NCBI GenBank assembly: GCA_965116875.1
Contig: OZ220733.1
Coordinates: forward strand, 5,216,001-5,280,000
Reading direction: 5' to 3'
Origin: Candidatus Latescibacterota bacterium
GTDB lineage: Bacteria; Latescibacterota; UBA2968; GCA-2709665
Length of the DNA: 64,000 bases
Shown here: one piece after another, positions 1-9,089 of the stretch
Layout of the letters: every line of letters starts with the position of its first letter
Numbering within the stretch: the stretch's first letter is position 1
Translations under genes and position numbers: made by a program
Notes under the pieces: model-generated
Told to the model about the DNA's origin: nothing
Database searches by the model: none
The model's input: only the letters and a program-made list of their open reading frames with translations

Positions 1-377
1 AGCCCGTCAAAAGACACGCTGGAACCGATCAGAAACGTGACCATATCACCTGAAAAAAGAGAAACCACGTCCCGCCGCTGCTCGACCACCGCGCCGTCCC
101 GGATCACGTCGTACGAACCCAGGTCGGTACGAATGTCGAGACTGCGCGCGAATTCGGGACATTCCGGCCGGCCGGCCGGCATCACCGCCAGAAGCGGACA
201 CGGCTTCGGGTTCGCCCTGCAGAACTTCTCAAATTCCCCGGCGTACGCCTCGTCCATCATCACCACATTCACGCACAGGTACCCGGCAAGCGCACGCGAT
301 GCCACGGTCTTCAACCCATTCCGCCGGCACGCCAGCCGCACCTCCAGCGGAGATCGATACGTCTCGGGTTCAGCCAA
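1..377 (-). CDS. D-glutamate cyclase / DUF1445 (YcsI-like putative hydro-lyase), runs off the window start
   Basis: Not in the ORF track. Manual translation from TTG 377 (AGGAGG RBS upstream) gives MAEPETYRSPLEVRLACRR...FCRANPKPCPLL...DIRTDL...FLIGSSVSFDG, matching the family motifs FCxxNPKPCPLL, DIRTD and GCSFSFE. Confidence 0.8.
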   Translation of the reverse strand, partial: MAEPETYRSPLEVRLACRRNGLKTVASRALAGYLCVNVVMMDEAYAGEFEKFCRANPKPCPLLAVMPAGRPECPEFARSLDIRTDLGSYDVIRDGAVVEQRRDVVSLFSGDMVTFLIGSSVSFDG

Positions 378-459
378 CGCACTCCTCCTGACAGCCCATT
401 GAAGAAGCCCATCCGGACTTCGGCCGGCTCCCCTGCAGAGCGACGTTTCCAACGGAATG

Positions 460-1743
460 CTACAAAAGCTGCTGATGTTGAAGCACGACCTTCCGAAACG
501 CCGCCGCGAACTGATCGATGAATCCGTCCGCTGCCTGGATATGCCCGGGATAGGACAACACCCGTCCGCGGATCGCTTCCGAAACCGGGAAATCTCCCTC
601 ACGATAGCGGGGAAGCGGCACATTCGCAGGTCCGTCGTGGCCCGCCCCCCAGAGCCCCGGAAGGTCTTTGGTATAAATCGCGCGAAGATGTTCCATGTGG
701 CCCACGCCCGGACCGTTCAGGGGCGCGCCCTCGGCCCGCATGGCCGCCACAAACCGGGGTGCGGGCAATCCGCCGAGCGCTTCCGGATCGTAGATGAACT
801 TGATCCCGCCGTAAAGTTCCACTCCCCTGGCTTTCCTGTAGTTACAGACCGGCCGGATTCCCGGCAACCCCTCGATTTTTCGAAACAGGGCCTCCCGGTT
901 GGCTTCAAACCGGTCCATCCGTTCTGGAAGGTGCTCAAGGGAGACCAGGCCGATTGCCATGGCCAGCGGATGCGGCCGCCATTTCCATCCCAGGAGCTGC
1001 GGTTCCAGTTCACGGTAGACCGGGTTGGTGAGCTCCTTCACGGCGCCCGGCCGGTGCAGGTGGCAGTAAATCAACGCGCGCTCGTACAACTCGCGGTCGT
1101 TCGTCGCCACGATGCCGGCCTCTCCGCCCGCCACCGGCTTGCCCCCCGGCATCGATCCCTGCATACTGAAGCACGCGATATGCCCCAGGTTGCCGATTTT
1201 CACGCCGTCCCACTCGCTGCCGTGCGCGTGAGCCGCGTCCTCCACAACCACCAGTCCGCGGGAGTTCGCAAGGGCCAGCAGCCGGTCCATATCGCACACC
1301 CGGCCGCACGAGTGGATCGGCGAAATCACGCGGGTCCTGTCCGTGATCCGCCGAGCCGCGTCGTCCGGGTCCATGAGCAGCGTCTCCGGATCGATTTCGC
1401 AGAACACCGGTGTGGCGCCCATATGCAGCGCGCCAGCGTAGCTGCCTATATAACCAACCGAAGGCGTGATGAATTCATCGCCCGCGCCCAGGCCTGCCGC
1501 GAAGAATCCGCTGGCGAGGGCCGTATGCCCATGGCTGGTTGTGAGTACGTATTTGCAGCCCACGTACTCCGCGAACCGTTCTTCGAACTCTTTCGGAACG
1601 CCCGATCCCGAACCGGAGAGATAACCCTCGTCGATCAGGGCGCAGACCGCGGCTTTCTCCGCTTCCACGGGTCGACGCCACTGCTCCCCGCTATCGGCCG
1701 CAATGGCCTTTTCGCCTCCCAGTATCGCGAGTTCCCCGGCCAT
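460..1743 (-). CDS. DegT/DnrJ/EryC1/StrS PLP-dependent aminotransferase
   Basis: FEERFAEYVG, GDEFITP, VVEDAAHAHGS, FSMQG...K..GGEAG; AGGAG RBS. Confidence 0.9.
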   Translation of the reverse strand: MAGELAILGGEKAIAADSGEQWRRPVEAEKAAVCALIDEGYLSGSGSGVPKEFEERFAEYVGCKYVLTTSHGHTALASGFFAAGLGAGDEFITPSVGYIGSYAGALHMGATPVFCEIDPETLLMDPDDAARRITDRTRVISPIHSCGRVCDMDRLLALANSRGLVVVEDAAHAHGSEWDGVKIGNLGHIACFSMQGSMPGGKPVAGGEAGIVATNDRELYERALIYCHLHRPGAVKELTNPVYRELEPQLLGWKWRPHPLAMAIGLVSLEHLPERMDRFEANREALFRKIEGLPGIRPVCNYRKARGVELYGGIKFIYDPEALGGLPAPRFVAAMRAEGAPLNGPGVGHMEHLRAIYTKDLPGLWGAGHDGPANVPLPRYREGDFPVSEAIRGRVLSYPGHIQAADGFIDQFAAAFRKVVLQHQQLL

Positions 1744-1848
1744 CTTCGATCTCCTTGACTCAGATTACGAACCCCGCTCTGAAGTTCGTTTCAGGCGGGG
1801 CACAGGGGGTACCGGCGCGCTCGGGCGAGGATTCCGGGCCGCAATTCG

Positions 1849-2703
1849 CTACGGCGCGACGGCTTCCTCCCCGGCGTGCTCACGGATCCAGCCCTTGAGC
1901 GGCACGTCCGCGTCGGATGGCGACGTATAACCCATCCCCCCCGTGCTTTCGCCGAGCAACTGACGCTGAACCGGATCACATCGCTCCAGGCAGTGTGCCA
2001 CCGTCATATTGTCCCTCGGCCTCAGCCACCGGTAGCTGTAGCCGTAAAACAGCACTTTCCGCGTGACGTCCGAGTGGTTCCTCCCGGCCGCGTGCCAGAG
2101 CCGGCGATCGAAAAACACCGCCGAGCCCGCCGGGGCCAGCACGGGCGTCGCACCGGGATGGTCGGACACCCCGTCGTCCGGAAAGTCCAGCCGATTCTGG
2201 AGGTGGCTGCCGGGGACAATGTGGAAGTTCCCCCGATCCGGCAGGGTGGTGTCCGTCAGAAAGTAGCCGACCTTCAGCGAGACACGCGGCCGGGGCGTGG
2301 CGTCCAGTTCGATATTCAGGCGACCGCTGTCCTGGTGCCAGCCCAGGCGTCCAATATATGAGCGTTTCTCCTGCGGCTCCGGCGGGGTGACGATCAGATG
2401 GGAGTGATAAAGCTGGATATTCCAGCCCAGAATACCCCATACCTTGGGGAAAGTGACCGACCAGTCCAGCAGGGCCAGAAACTCATCATCGAGCCCCACG
2501 AAGTCCGTCAGGTTCATGCGTTCGCCAGGCCCCAGTCCGTTCTCGGCAAGATAGGTCTCGTACACCCCGTCGACCACGCGGTTCAACGCGGAGACGCGAT
2601 CGGGCGGAATTGCATCTTCGATCATGAGAAATCCGTCCCGTTCGAACTTCGCCTCTTCCTCGCTGGTGAGACAGTTATCCAGACACTCGGTATCCATCGT
2701 CAT
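1849..2703 (-). CDS. Phytanoyl-CoA dioxygenase (PhyH)-family Fe(II)/2OG dioxygenase
   Basis: WHQD, IVPGSH, WHAAGRN motifs; start moved to ATG 2703 (GGGAGGA RBS). Confidence 0.9.
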   Translation of the reverse strand: MTMDTECLDNCLTSEEEAKFERDGFLMIEDAIPPDRVSALNRVVDGVYETYLAENGLGPGERMNLTDFVGLDDEFLALLDWSVTFPKVWGILGWNIQLYHSHLIVTPPEPQEKRSYIGRLGWHQDSGRLNIELDATPRPRVSLKVGYFLTDTTLPDRGNFHIVPGSHLQNRLDFPDDGVSDHPGATPVLAPAGSAVFFDRRLWHAAGRNHSDVTRKVLFYGYSYRWLRPRDNMTVAHCLERCDPVQRQLLGESTGGMGYTSPSDADVPLKGWIREHAGEEAVAP

Positions 2704-2771
2704 TCCTCCCGGGCGCCGCGTCAACCACCCGTTTCCCGCCGGGCGGATGAATTCGAGGCTGCCCCAAACCG

Positions 2772-4037
2772 TTACAGCGTGGACCCCAACCCCGCGGTTT
2801 CGGGGTTGTCTATTCGATGCAGCCCGTTCACGGGCTCGAAAATTCCCGCCAGGCGCGGCAGCCATTCGGCGTTGGCGTCCGGCGTATACTGGGGGGAGTT
2901 GATTTCCACACCGTTGACCATGGGCACGTGCGCCGCGAACAACGCGGCGTGAATCGCCGCAAATCCGGGATTCGTCAGATCCTGAAGCGCGAGCCGCATC
3001 CCGTTCTCGCGCGCCCACGCAGCTGCCAGCAGTGCGAAGCTGTGACCCTTGCAGGTCTTCAGGGCCAGGCCGCCCCAACCCTGTCTCTTCGCTTCCGGCA
3101 GTAATTCGAGGCTTGTGAGGCCCTCGTCCAGAAACACCGGCCTGAGCCTGGCAACCGCCCGCCAGTCCTGTGGATGCAGCAGAATATCCCGGCCCGTGGG
3201 CTGTTCCAGGTACCTCAGCGACCGGAAAGCCTCGCTGTCCCGGGCCCTGAGCCGTTCCAGATAGTCAAGTACGCTTTCCGCATCCGGATTGGCTTCATTG
3301 CTGTCCGCCGTCAACGCCGGGTCGTCAACGCCGAGTCCGCGAAGGGCGCGGTACACTTCGACGGTCCTGGCCGCGTCGGCGACGTTGTCCTTCCCCAGAA
3401 TCTTCAGTTTGAAGCCGCGATACCCGTGTTCCCGTATGACGTGAGCAAGGTCCGAGCCCAGATCGTCGTCGCTTCCGACAACCCACCACGCCCGCAGGCG
3501 GGATCGGGGCGTATGAAACAGACGCTGAATCGCCGCGCACGCGCCGCCGCCCGGAAAGAGACCATCCACGTCGGGAAACGGCGTGGTCCCGGCGTAGAAG
3601 CCGAACGCGGAACGTCCGGTCGCGATGCCCACCGCGTCGTGGATTGCGGCGTCGAACGGGCTGGCGCACATCGCGGCCGCAAGGACCGGAGGCGATGTTT
3701 CACCGGCAACCGACTCGTGCAGCCGCATTCCCAGGGCCAGCGGATGCGCGGGCTCCCCGCCGCAATGCGCGTACAGACGGCTCGCGAGTCTACTGCAGAA
3801 TCCACGCAGGGCGGCGTCTCGAAAGTCGTGCGTCAGCGCGGGATCCGGCCATGCCCAGACGTCGCTGAGATAGATCGAACCCCTGCCCCCGGCTTCGCGC
3901 CCGGCCACGCGGACCGTGACCGTCGCCCGGGCTTCCGTGAGCTCGGTAATCCGCCCTGAACTCAGGTGGAGGGGCGTTTTCAGCTTCCTGGGGATGAACG
4001 CGACGTCCGCGTCCAGAACCTCAGTGTTCAGGTCCAT
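2772..4037 (-). CDS. Mandelate racemase/enolase-superfamily protein
   Basis: FKLKI, ADSNE, YLEQP, LDEGL, LALKTCKG motifs; start at ATG 4037 (MDLNTEV). Confidence 0.8.
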   Translation of the reverse strand: MDLNTEVLDADVAFIPRKLKTPLHLSSGRITELTEARATVTVRVAGREAGGRGSIYLSDVWAWPDPALTHDFRDAALRGFCSRLASRLYAHCGGEPAHPLALGMRLHESVAGETSPPVLAAAMCASPFDAAIHDAVGIATGRSAFGFYAGTTPFPDVDGLFPGGGACAAIQRLFHTPRSRLRAWWVVGSDDDLGSDLAHVIREHGYRGFKLKILGKDNVADAARTVEVYRALRGLGVDDPALTADSNEANPDAESVLDYLERLRARDSEAFRSLRYLEQPTGRDILLHPQDWRAVARLRPVFLDEGLTSLELLPEAKRQGWGGLALKTCKGHSFALLAAAWARENGMRLALQDLTNPGFAAIHAALFAAHVPMVNGVEINSPQYTPDANAEWLPRLAGIFEPVNGLHRIDNPETAGLGSTL

Positions 4038-4062
4038 ACTGTCGTTGGGCAGCAGACGGTTT

Positions 4063-5055
4063 TCAATCGAATTCCGAGACGGACACAGACTCGTTCCGTT
4101 CGGCGCTCTGCTTCGCCGCCTCGATGACGGCCATCGTGTGCCGCACCGACCGGCCGCTGGCATCCGGTGTCTTCCCCTCCAGACAGCAGTCGGCGAACTC
4201 GCGAACCTGATTCTGCATCCCGTTGCCCGGCTCGCCGACGTCCACTTCGCGGCCGTTGAGCAACAGGCGCCCATGGGTGAACGACATCGATCCCAGGCTG
4301 CCCATGATGTACTGGTCATGCGACCCGGAGTGGCATACGACGGACTGTGACAACACGCTGACCGCGCCGTTGGCGTGGTTCATGACGGCTGTATAGGAGT
4401 CCTTCTGTCCCCGGTAGCGTTCCGTACTCTCCGTTCCCTGCGCGAAGACCCTGACAACGGGCGAATCCATATACCAGTGCAGGATATCGTACTCGTGCGG
4501 TCCGAAACAGTACAACACGCAGATGCCCCCGGCCTCCAGGTCCATGTACCAGTGGGTATCCTGTCCCGGCGGAGGCGCGGGATTGAAGTTGCCCAGCCGG
4601 CGTCTGAGCAGGTGACCCACCTGGCCGATCACGCCATCGGCGATGAGTTGTTTCACTTTTCGGCTGACCGGGTAATAGCGCATGACCTGCCCGACCATCA
4701 GAACGCGATTCGCTTTTTCGCACGCCGCGATCATCCGGTCGCACTCGTCGAGCGTCAGCGCCATGGGCTTTTCCACCAGGACGTGTTTCCCGGCTTCCGC
4801 GGCGGCCACCACCTGTGCGCCGTGGAGGTTGTGCGGCGTACAAACGTGGACGGCTTCAACGTCAGGATCGTCCAGCATCGCCTCCAGGTTGGTATACGAC
4901 CTGGCGCCGTATTCCGCCGCGGCAGCCTCGGCGGATTCGGCGTGGATATCCATCACCGCCGCCGTTCTTATGTTCCGGACCGCCGCAATCGCTCGCATAT
5001 GAGAATGCGCGATACCGCCGGCGCCCACCATACCCACGGATAATACGTCTCCCAT
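4063..5055 (-). CDS. Gfo/Idh/MocA oxidoreductase
   Basis: VGAGGIA Rossmann motif, AGKHVLVEKPMA. Confidence 0.92.
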   Translation of the reverse strand: MGDVLSVGMVGAGGIAHSHMRAIAAVRNIRTAAVMDIHAESAEAAAAEYGARSYTNLEAMLDDPDVEAVHVCTPHNLHGAQVVAAAEAGKHVLVEKPMALTLDECDRMIAACEKANRVLMVGQVMRYYPVSRKVKQLIADGVIGQVGHLLRRRLGNFNPAPPPGQDTHWYMDLEAGGICVLYCFGPHEYDILHWYMDSPVVRVFAQGTESTERYRGQKDSYTAVMNHANGAVSVLSQSVVCHSGSHDQYIMGSLGSMSFTHGRLLLNGREVDVGEPGNGMQNQVREFADCCLEGKTPDASGRSVRHTMAVIEAAKQSAERNESVSVSEFD

Positions 5056-5100
5056 CTTGTCTCTCCCAAAGCACCGGAACCGGGTTCCGAGTTCAAGCTG

Positions 5101-5958
5101 TTAGAGTACGATCTTCTTCTCGGCCGGTTCCAGGTTGTCGTAATTCCAGAGCTGCCTGCCCGCGACGACCTTCTTCAGGTTTCCCGCGCCGTCCGGGGCT
5201 TCGAGGCCGTACAGTTCCAGCTTGCGATTCAGCCAGGCGACCTCGAGGTCCGTCAGTTCCGCGCGAACGGCGTCCACGCCCAGCGACTTTATGCGCCCGC
5301 CGACGTAGATCGTGCCGTCGTACATCGAATCACCGAGATTCTCGTCTGCGTCTCCCAGAACGATCATCCGCCCCCGCTGCATCATGAATCCGGACAGCAT
5401 TCCCGTTCGTCCGGCCACCAGGATGGTACCGCCCTTCATGTTGATGCCGGTCCGCCCCCCGACGTCTCCCATGCACACCAGGTCCCCGCCTCGCAGCGCA
5501 GCGCCGAACGACGAACCCGCGTTCTTCTCCACAACGACCGTGCCCGCCATCATATTTTCGGCGCACGACCAGCCCACGCGCCCGCTGATCCTCACGTTCG
5601 GCCCGTCGATGAGACCCACGGCGAAATACCCCAGAGACCCGTCGAAATCCAGTTTCAGCCGATTCAGAATCCCGGAACCGAGCGAGTGCTTGGCGTTCGG
5701 GTTGCGCACCACGACGTGGCCGTATCCCGCCTCCATCAGCTTCCGGATCTTCCGATTCACCTCCCGGATCGCCATGGGCGCCGCGTCGAATTCCGTGCGC
5801 CTGTCAAAGTCCACCTTGAGCGACCCCGGGTACACAAGCTCCGTACCCTCTTCGGCGCGAAAGAAAACCCGGTTCGTCCGAATTCCAAGCGGTTCGTCGT
5901 GCAGTCCCATCGCGTAGGAACGGTGCGTCTTTTCGCGGTCCGAATCTAGTTTTGCCAT
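5101..5958 (-). CDS. GXGXG-domain protein (GltB C-terminal/FwdC-like; MgsB-like), copy 2
   Basis: Repeated GxxGxx beta-helix motifs (GSSFGAALRGG, GINMKGG, GDSMYDG); overlaps the upstream GATase. Confidence 0.85.
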   Translation of the reverse strand: MAKLDSDREKTHRSYAMGLHDEPLGIRTNRVFFRAEEGTELVYPGSLKVDFDRRTEFDAAPMAIREVNRKIRKLMEAGYGHVVVRNPNAKHSLGSGILNRLKLDFDGSLGYFAVGLIDGPNVRISGRVGWSCAENMMAGTVVVEKNAGSSFGAALRGGDLVCMGDVGGRTGINMKGGTILVAGRTGMLSGFMMQRGRMIVLGDADENLGDSMYDGTIYVGGRIKSLGVDAVRAELTDLEVAWLNRKLELYGLEAPDGAGNLKKVVAGRQLWNYDNLEPAEKKIVL

Positions 5959-6887
5959 ACCTTCACTTCTCCAGCGTAGGGGTCCACGGTCTCGATTTCC
6001 TGGGGCAGTACCGTCCGGATCGCCACTTCCTCGGAGGCGAGCAGGGTTTCCTCTTCCCCTTCGTAGAGGACCATGGGCTTGGCGGCCATGGTATCCTTGG
6101 CCATACCCAGGCTGTCCGTCGTCGCCACGAGATACGTGAACACGCCGTCCAGCTCCCGTACGGATCTCACCATCGCTTCCTCGAGCGAAACCGATCGATC
6201 CAGGCTGTCCGCGATATAGACCGCGATCAGTTCCGAATCGCAGTCCGACACGAAACGATGCCCGCGGCGCTCGAGGTCGCGGCGCATGGTCCAGTAATTG
6301 GTCAACTGCCCGTTGTGTACGACGGATATATCGCCAAACGGATACGCCCAGTAAGGATGCGCCGAACGTATGTCCACGTCGGACTCCGTGGCCATGCGGA
6401 CGTGCCCGATGGCGTGCGTGCCCACAAACGAACCCGTCCCGTACTGCTCGCTCACTTCGTTGGCGTCGCCGAGGTCCTTGACGAGTTCAAGCGCGCTGCC
6501 GATGGACAGGATTTCGACGCCCTCCGCGTCCTCAATGAAATCCGCGAACCGGCGCAGGTCTCCCTCGTACCTGACCCGGTACAGGAACGCGTACTCCGTT
6601 GGCTGCTCCGAGGCCAGCACTTCGCCGCCGAGGGATCCGATGCGCTCATCCACCTCCGCCTTGCGCTGTACGATCTGATCCCTGATCTCGAAGCCGGACT
6701 CCAGGTCCTCCTTCTCCGCCACCTTGAACCGCATCGCCAGGATCCCGGCCGACGGCTCTCCGTACAGCGCAAAACCCGTGGAATCCGGACCCCTGTGCCG
6801 CATCGCCTGAAGCATCATGGTCATTTCGCTGCCGATTCGACCCGTCCTGTTCCGGTGGATAATCCCGGCGATACCGCACATATTCAC
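5946..6887 (-). CDS. Class II glutamine amidotransferase (MgsA-like), copy 2
   Basis: N-terminal (M)CGIAG, HRGPDSTG, GHVRMATES, VHNGQLTN, DCDSE. Confidence 0.88.
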   Translation of the reverse strand: MNMCGIAGIIHRNRTGRIGSEMTMMLQAMRHRGPDSTGFALYGEPSAGILAMRFKVAEKEDLESGFEIRDQIVQRKAEVDERIGSLGGEVLASEQPTEYAFLYRVRYEGDLRRFADFIEDAEGVEILSIGSALELVKDLGDANEVSEQYGTGSFVGTHAIGHVRMATESDVDIRSAHPYWAYPFGDISVVHNGQLTNYWTMRRDLERRGHRFVSDCDSELIAVYIADSLDRSVSLEEAMVRSVRELDGVFTYLVATTDSLGMAKDTMAAKPMVLYEGEEETLLASEEVAIRTVLPQEIETVDPYAGEVKVWQN

Positions 6888-6894
6888 CTCGCAT

Positions 6895-8376
6895 CTATGG
6901 CAGACAATCCCAGTAGGTCTCCAGGTCCCAGTCGGTCACCGTTGCCAGAAACCGTTCCCACTCGTCCCGCTTGTAATGCATGTAGACGTCGTACATCTCG
7001 CCAGGAAGCGACGACCGGATCACCTCGTCCTGCTCCAGCCTGTCCAGCGCGTCGCCGAGCGTTGTGGGCAGTTTTGTGACCTCTTTGCCCTCTTCGATCG
7101 CCTCGTAGATATTGCGATGCTCGGGCTCTCCGGGGTCCAGGTCCCGGCGAATGCCGTCGTCAAACGCCTTCAGTAACGCCCCCGCCATGAGATAGGGGTT
7201 CACCATCGCGTCAACCGCCCTGTACTCGAACCGCCCCGGTCCGGAGACCCGGAGCCCGCAGGTCCGGTTCTGATAGCCCCAGTCTGAATAGACGGGCGCC
7301 CAGAATCCCGTCTCCCACAATCGCCGATAGGAATTCACCGTGGAACACCCGATGGCCGTCAGCGCCTGGAGGTGTTCGATCACGCCGCCGATGCACTGCA
7401 GGCCGGTTTGCGCGGGCTCGCGTCTGCCCGGCAGCGGCTCAAACATATTCTCGCCGCCTTCCCGGTGCAGGAAGACACCCTCCATGCCGGGCAGTGTCTC
7501 GTTTCCCAGCGTCTTCAGCACGTCCTCTCCCCCGCGCCAGAGCGAAAGATTGTGGTGGCAACCCGATGCCGATACGCCCATGAAGGGCTTGCACATGAAA
7601 CACGCGATCAGATCGTGCTCCCTGGCAACCTGGGCGCATATCTGCCGGTACGTGGTGAGCCGGTCGCACGTGGCAAGCGCGTCGTCAAACGTAAAATTCA
7701 ACTCCAGCTGACCCGGCGCGTCCTCGTGGTCTCCCTGGATCATGTCCAGGCCCATCGCGCGACCGTATTCGATCACCTTCATGACCACCGGCCGCAGGGA
7801 CTCGAACTGATCGATATGGTAGCAGTAGGGTTTGCTGAAACCGTCCGCGGGTTTGCCGTCGGGGCCCTTCTGCAGCCACATCATCTCGGGTTCGGCGCCG
7901 TGGCGCATGTGCATTCCGTCGTGGTCCTCCCTGAACTGCGCGTGGATGCGCCTGAGATTGCCCCTGCAGTCCGACGTGAGGACCCCGCCGGGATTCTCCT
8001 GCTCGTCCCGGTTGCGGAAGAGCGTACAGAAGACCCTCGCCAACCGCTTGTCCCACGGCAACTGCACGAAGGTCTCGGGATCCGGAATTCCCACGAGTTC
8101 CGACGCTTCGGGCCCGTAACCGATATAATTGTCGTACCGGTCCATGAACAGGTTCGCCGTCGCCCCGTATACAAGCTGGAACCCGCGTTGCGCGGTCCGC
8201 TCCCAGTGGTCGGCCGGGATACCCTTGCCCACCACCCTGCCCGTTACCGAAATGAACTGGTAGTAGACGTAAGTGATTCCAAGCGCGTCGATCTTTTCGC
8301 GTACCTGGCGCACACGTTCGTCCCGACCGTCGGCCCGTACGTACGCTTCGAGAGCCGATGTGGCCTGATTCGACAT
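6895..8376 (-). CDS. Glutamine synthetase-family protein, probable gamma-glutamylmethylamide synthetase (GmaS-like)
   Basis: DHEDAPGQLELN, KPFMGVSASGCH, NSYRRL, NRTCGLRV, RFEYR; mgs/mgd context; start ATG 8376. Confidence 0.8.
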   Translation of the reverse strand: MSNQATSALEAYVRADGRDERVRQVREKIDALGITYVYYQFISVTGRVVGKGIPADHWERTAQRGFQLVYGATANLFMDRYDNYIGYGPEASELVGIPDPETFVQLPWDKRLARVFCTLFRNRDEQENPGGVLTSDCRGNLRRIHAQFREDHDGMHMRHGAEPEMMWLQKGPDGKPADGFSKPYCYHIDQFESLRPVVMKVIEYGRAMGLDMIQGDHEDAPGQLELNFTFDDALATCDRLTTYRQICAQVAREHDLIACFMCKPFMGVSASGCHHNLSLWRGGEDVLKTLGNETLPGMEGVFLHREGGENMFEPLPGRREPAQTGLQCIGGVIEHLQALTAIGCSTVNSYRRLWETGFWAPVYSDWGYQNRTCGLRVSGPGRFEYRAVDAMVNPYLMAGALLKAFDDGIRRDLDPGEPEHRNIYEAIEEGKEVTKLPTTLGDALDRLEQDEVIRSSLPGEMYDVYMHYKRDEWERFLATVTDWDLETYWDCLP

Positions 8377-8408
8377 AGACGACCCTTCCTCTCCGCAAAT
8401 GAGTTTTC

Positions 8409-9089
8409 CTACCGTGACTCCAGGGCCCGGATGGCGCCAAGGCCGATCGGCGCGATCCCGAGATCGGCCCCGGCCTCCATGAGGATTTCCCACAGATAAG
8501 CTGCCAGGGAACGCGCCCCGAGGACCGAAAAGGCCGGCAATTCAGCGGTATCCCGCCGGATGACGAGTTGTGTCGTCCTGGCGACGCTGGTCTGTTTCGC
8601 GGCGCCGTCCGGAAACGCGGCAGCTGCGAAATCCAGACCGCACACCCTGCTCATCAGCGTGGGCGCGTCTGGCCCCAGAACGCGGATTTCCGACCACGCA
8701 TGGGTCAGATTCGTCACCGTGACGAAGCGGCCCGACGCGCGGTTGATCAGCGTCCTGCGGGTGGCGATATCCCGGCCCGGAGACGTACTCACAAAAAAAC
8801 AGTCTGCGCGAAGCCGGTACACCCGTTCGGAATCGACCGCAACCCCGGCGCCGATTGCCACCTCCGCTGACGCCCAGACGGTTTCCGCGTCCCGGCCTTC
8901 GACCTGGAGCTTACCGTTTGCCGTCTCGTCGGCCAGCGCCACGCCCCGCTTCGCGGAAGCCGTCTCCGCATCCGGCGTGGAATACGCCTCCGGAATCCGC
9001 CATCCGGAAGATTCCGAAAACTGCGCCCCGAGGTCCCGCGCCGTTTCGTGAAGTGGCGACAGCTTCACCGGCGCCGCCCATGTGCTCAC
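8409..9089 (-). CDS. soxG: Sarcosine oxidase / N-methylglutamate dehydrogenase gamma subunit-like
   Basis: GcvT-like fold, RVCGLDF...FPDG, ARSLAAYLW; follows the alpha subunit with a 4-nt overlap. Confidence 0.8.
   Translation of the reverse strand: MSTWAAPVKLSPLHETARDLGAQFSESSGWRIPEAYSTPDAETASAKRGVALADETANGKLQVEGRDAETVWASAEVAIGAGVAVDSERVYRLRADCFFVSTSPGRDIATRRTLINRASGRFVTVTNLTHAWSEIRVLGPDAPTLMSRVCGLDFAAAAFPDGAAKQTSVARTTQLVIRRDTAELPAFSVLGARSLAAYLWEILMEAGADLGIAPIGLGAIRALESR

Noticed and set aside
37-402. 121-aa plus-strand ORF
   Set aside because: Antisense to the DUF1445 gene, which has an RBS and family motifs.
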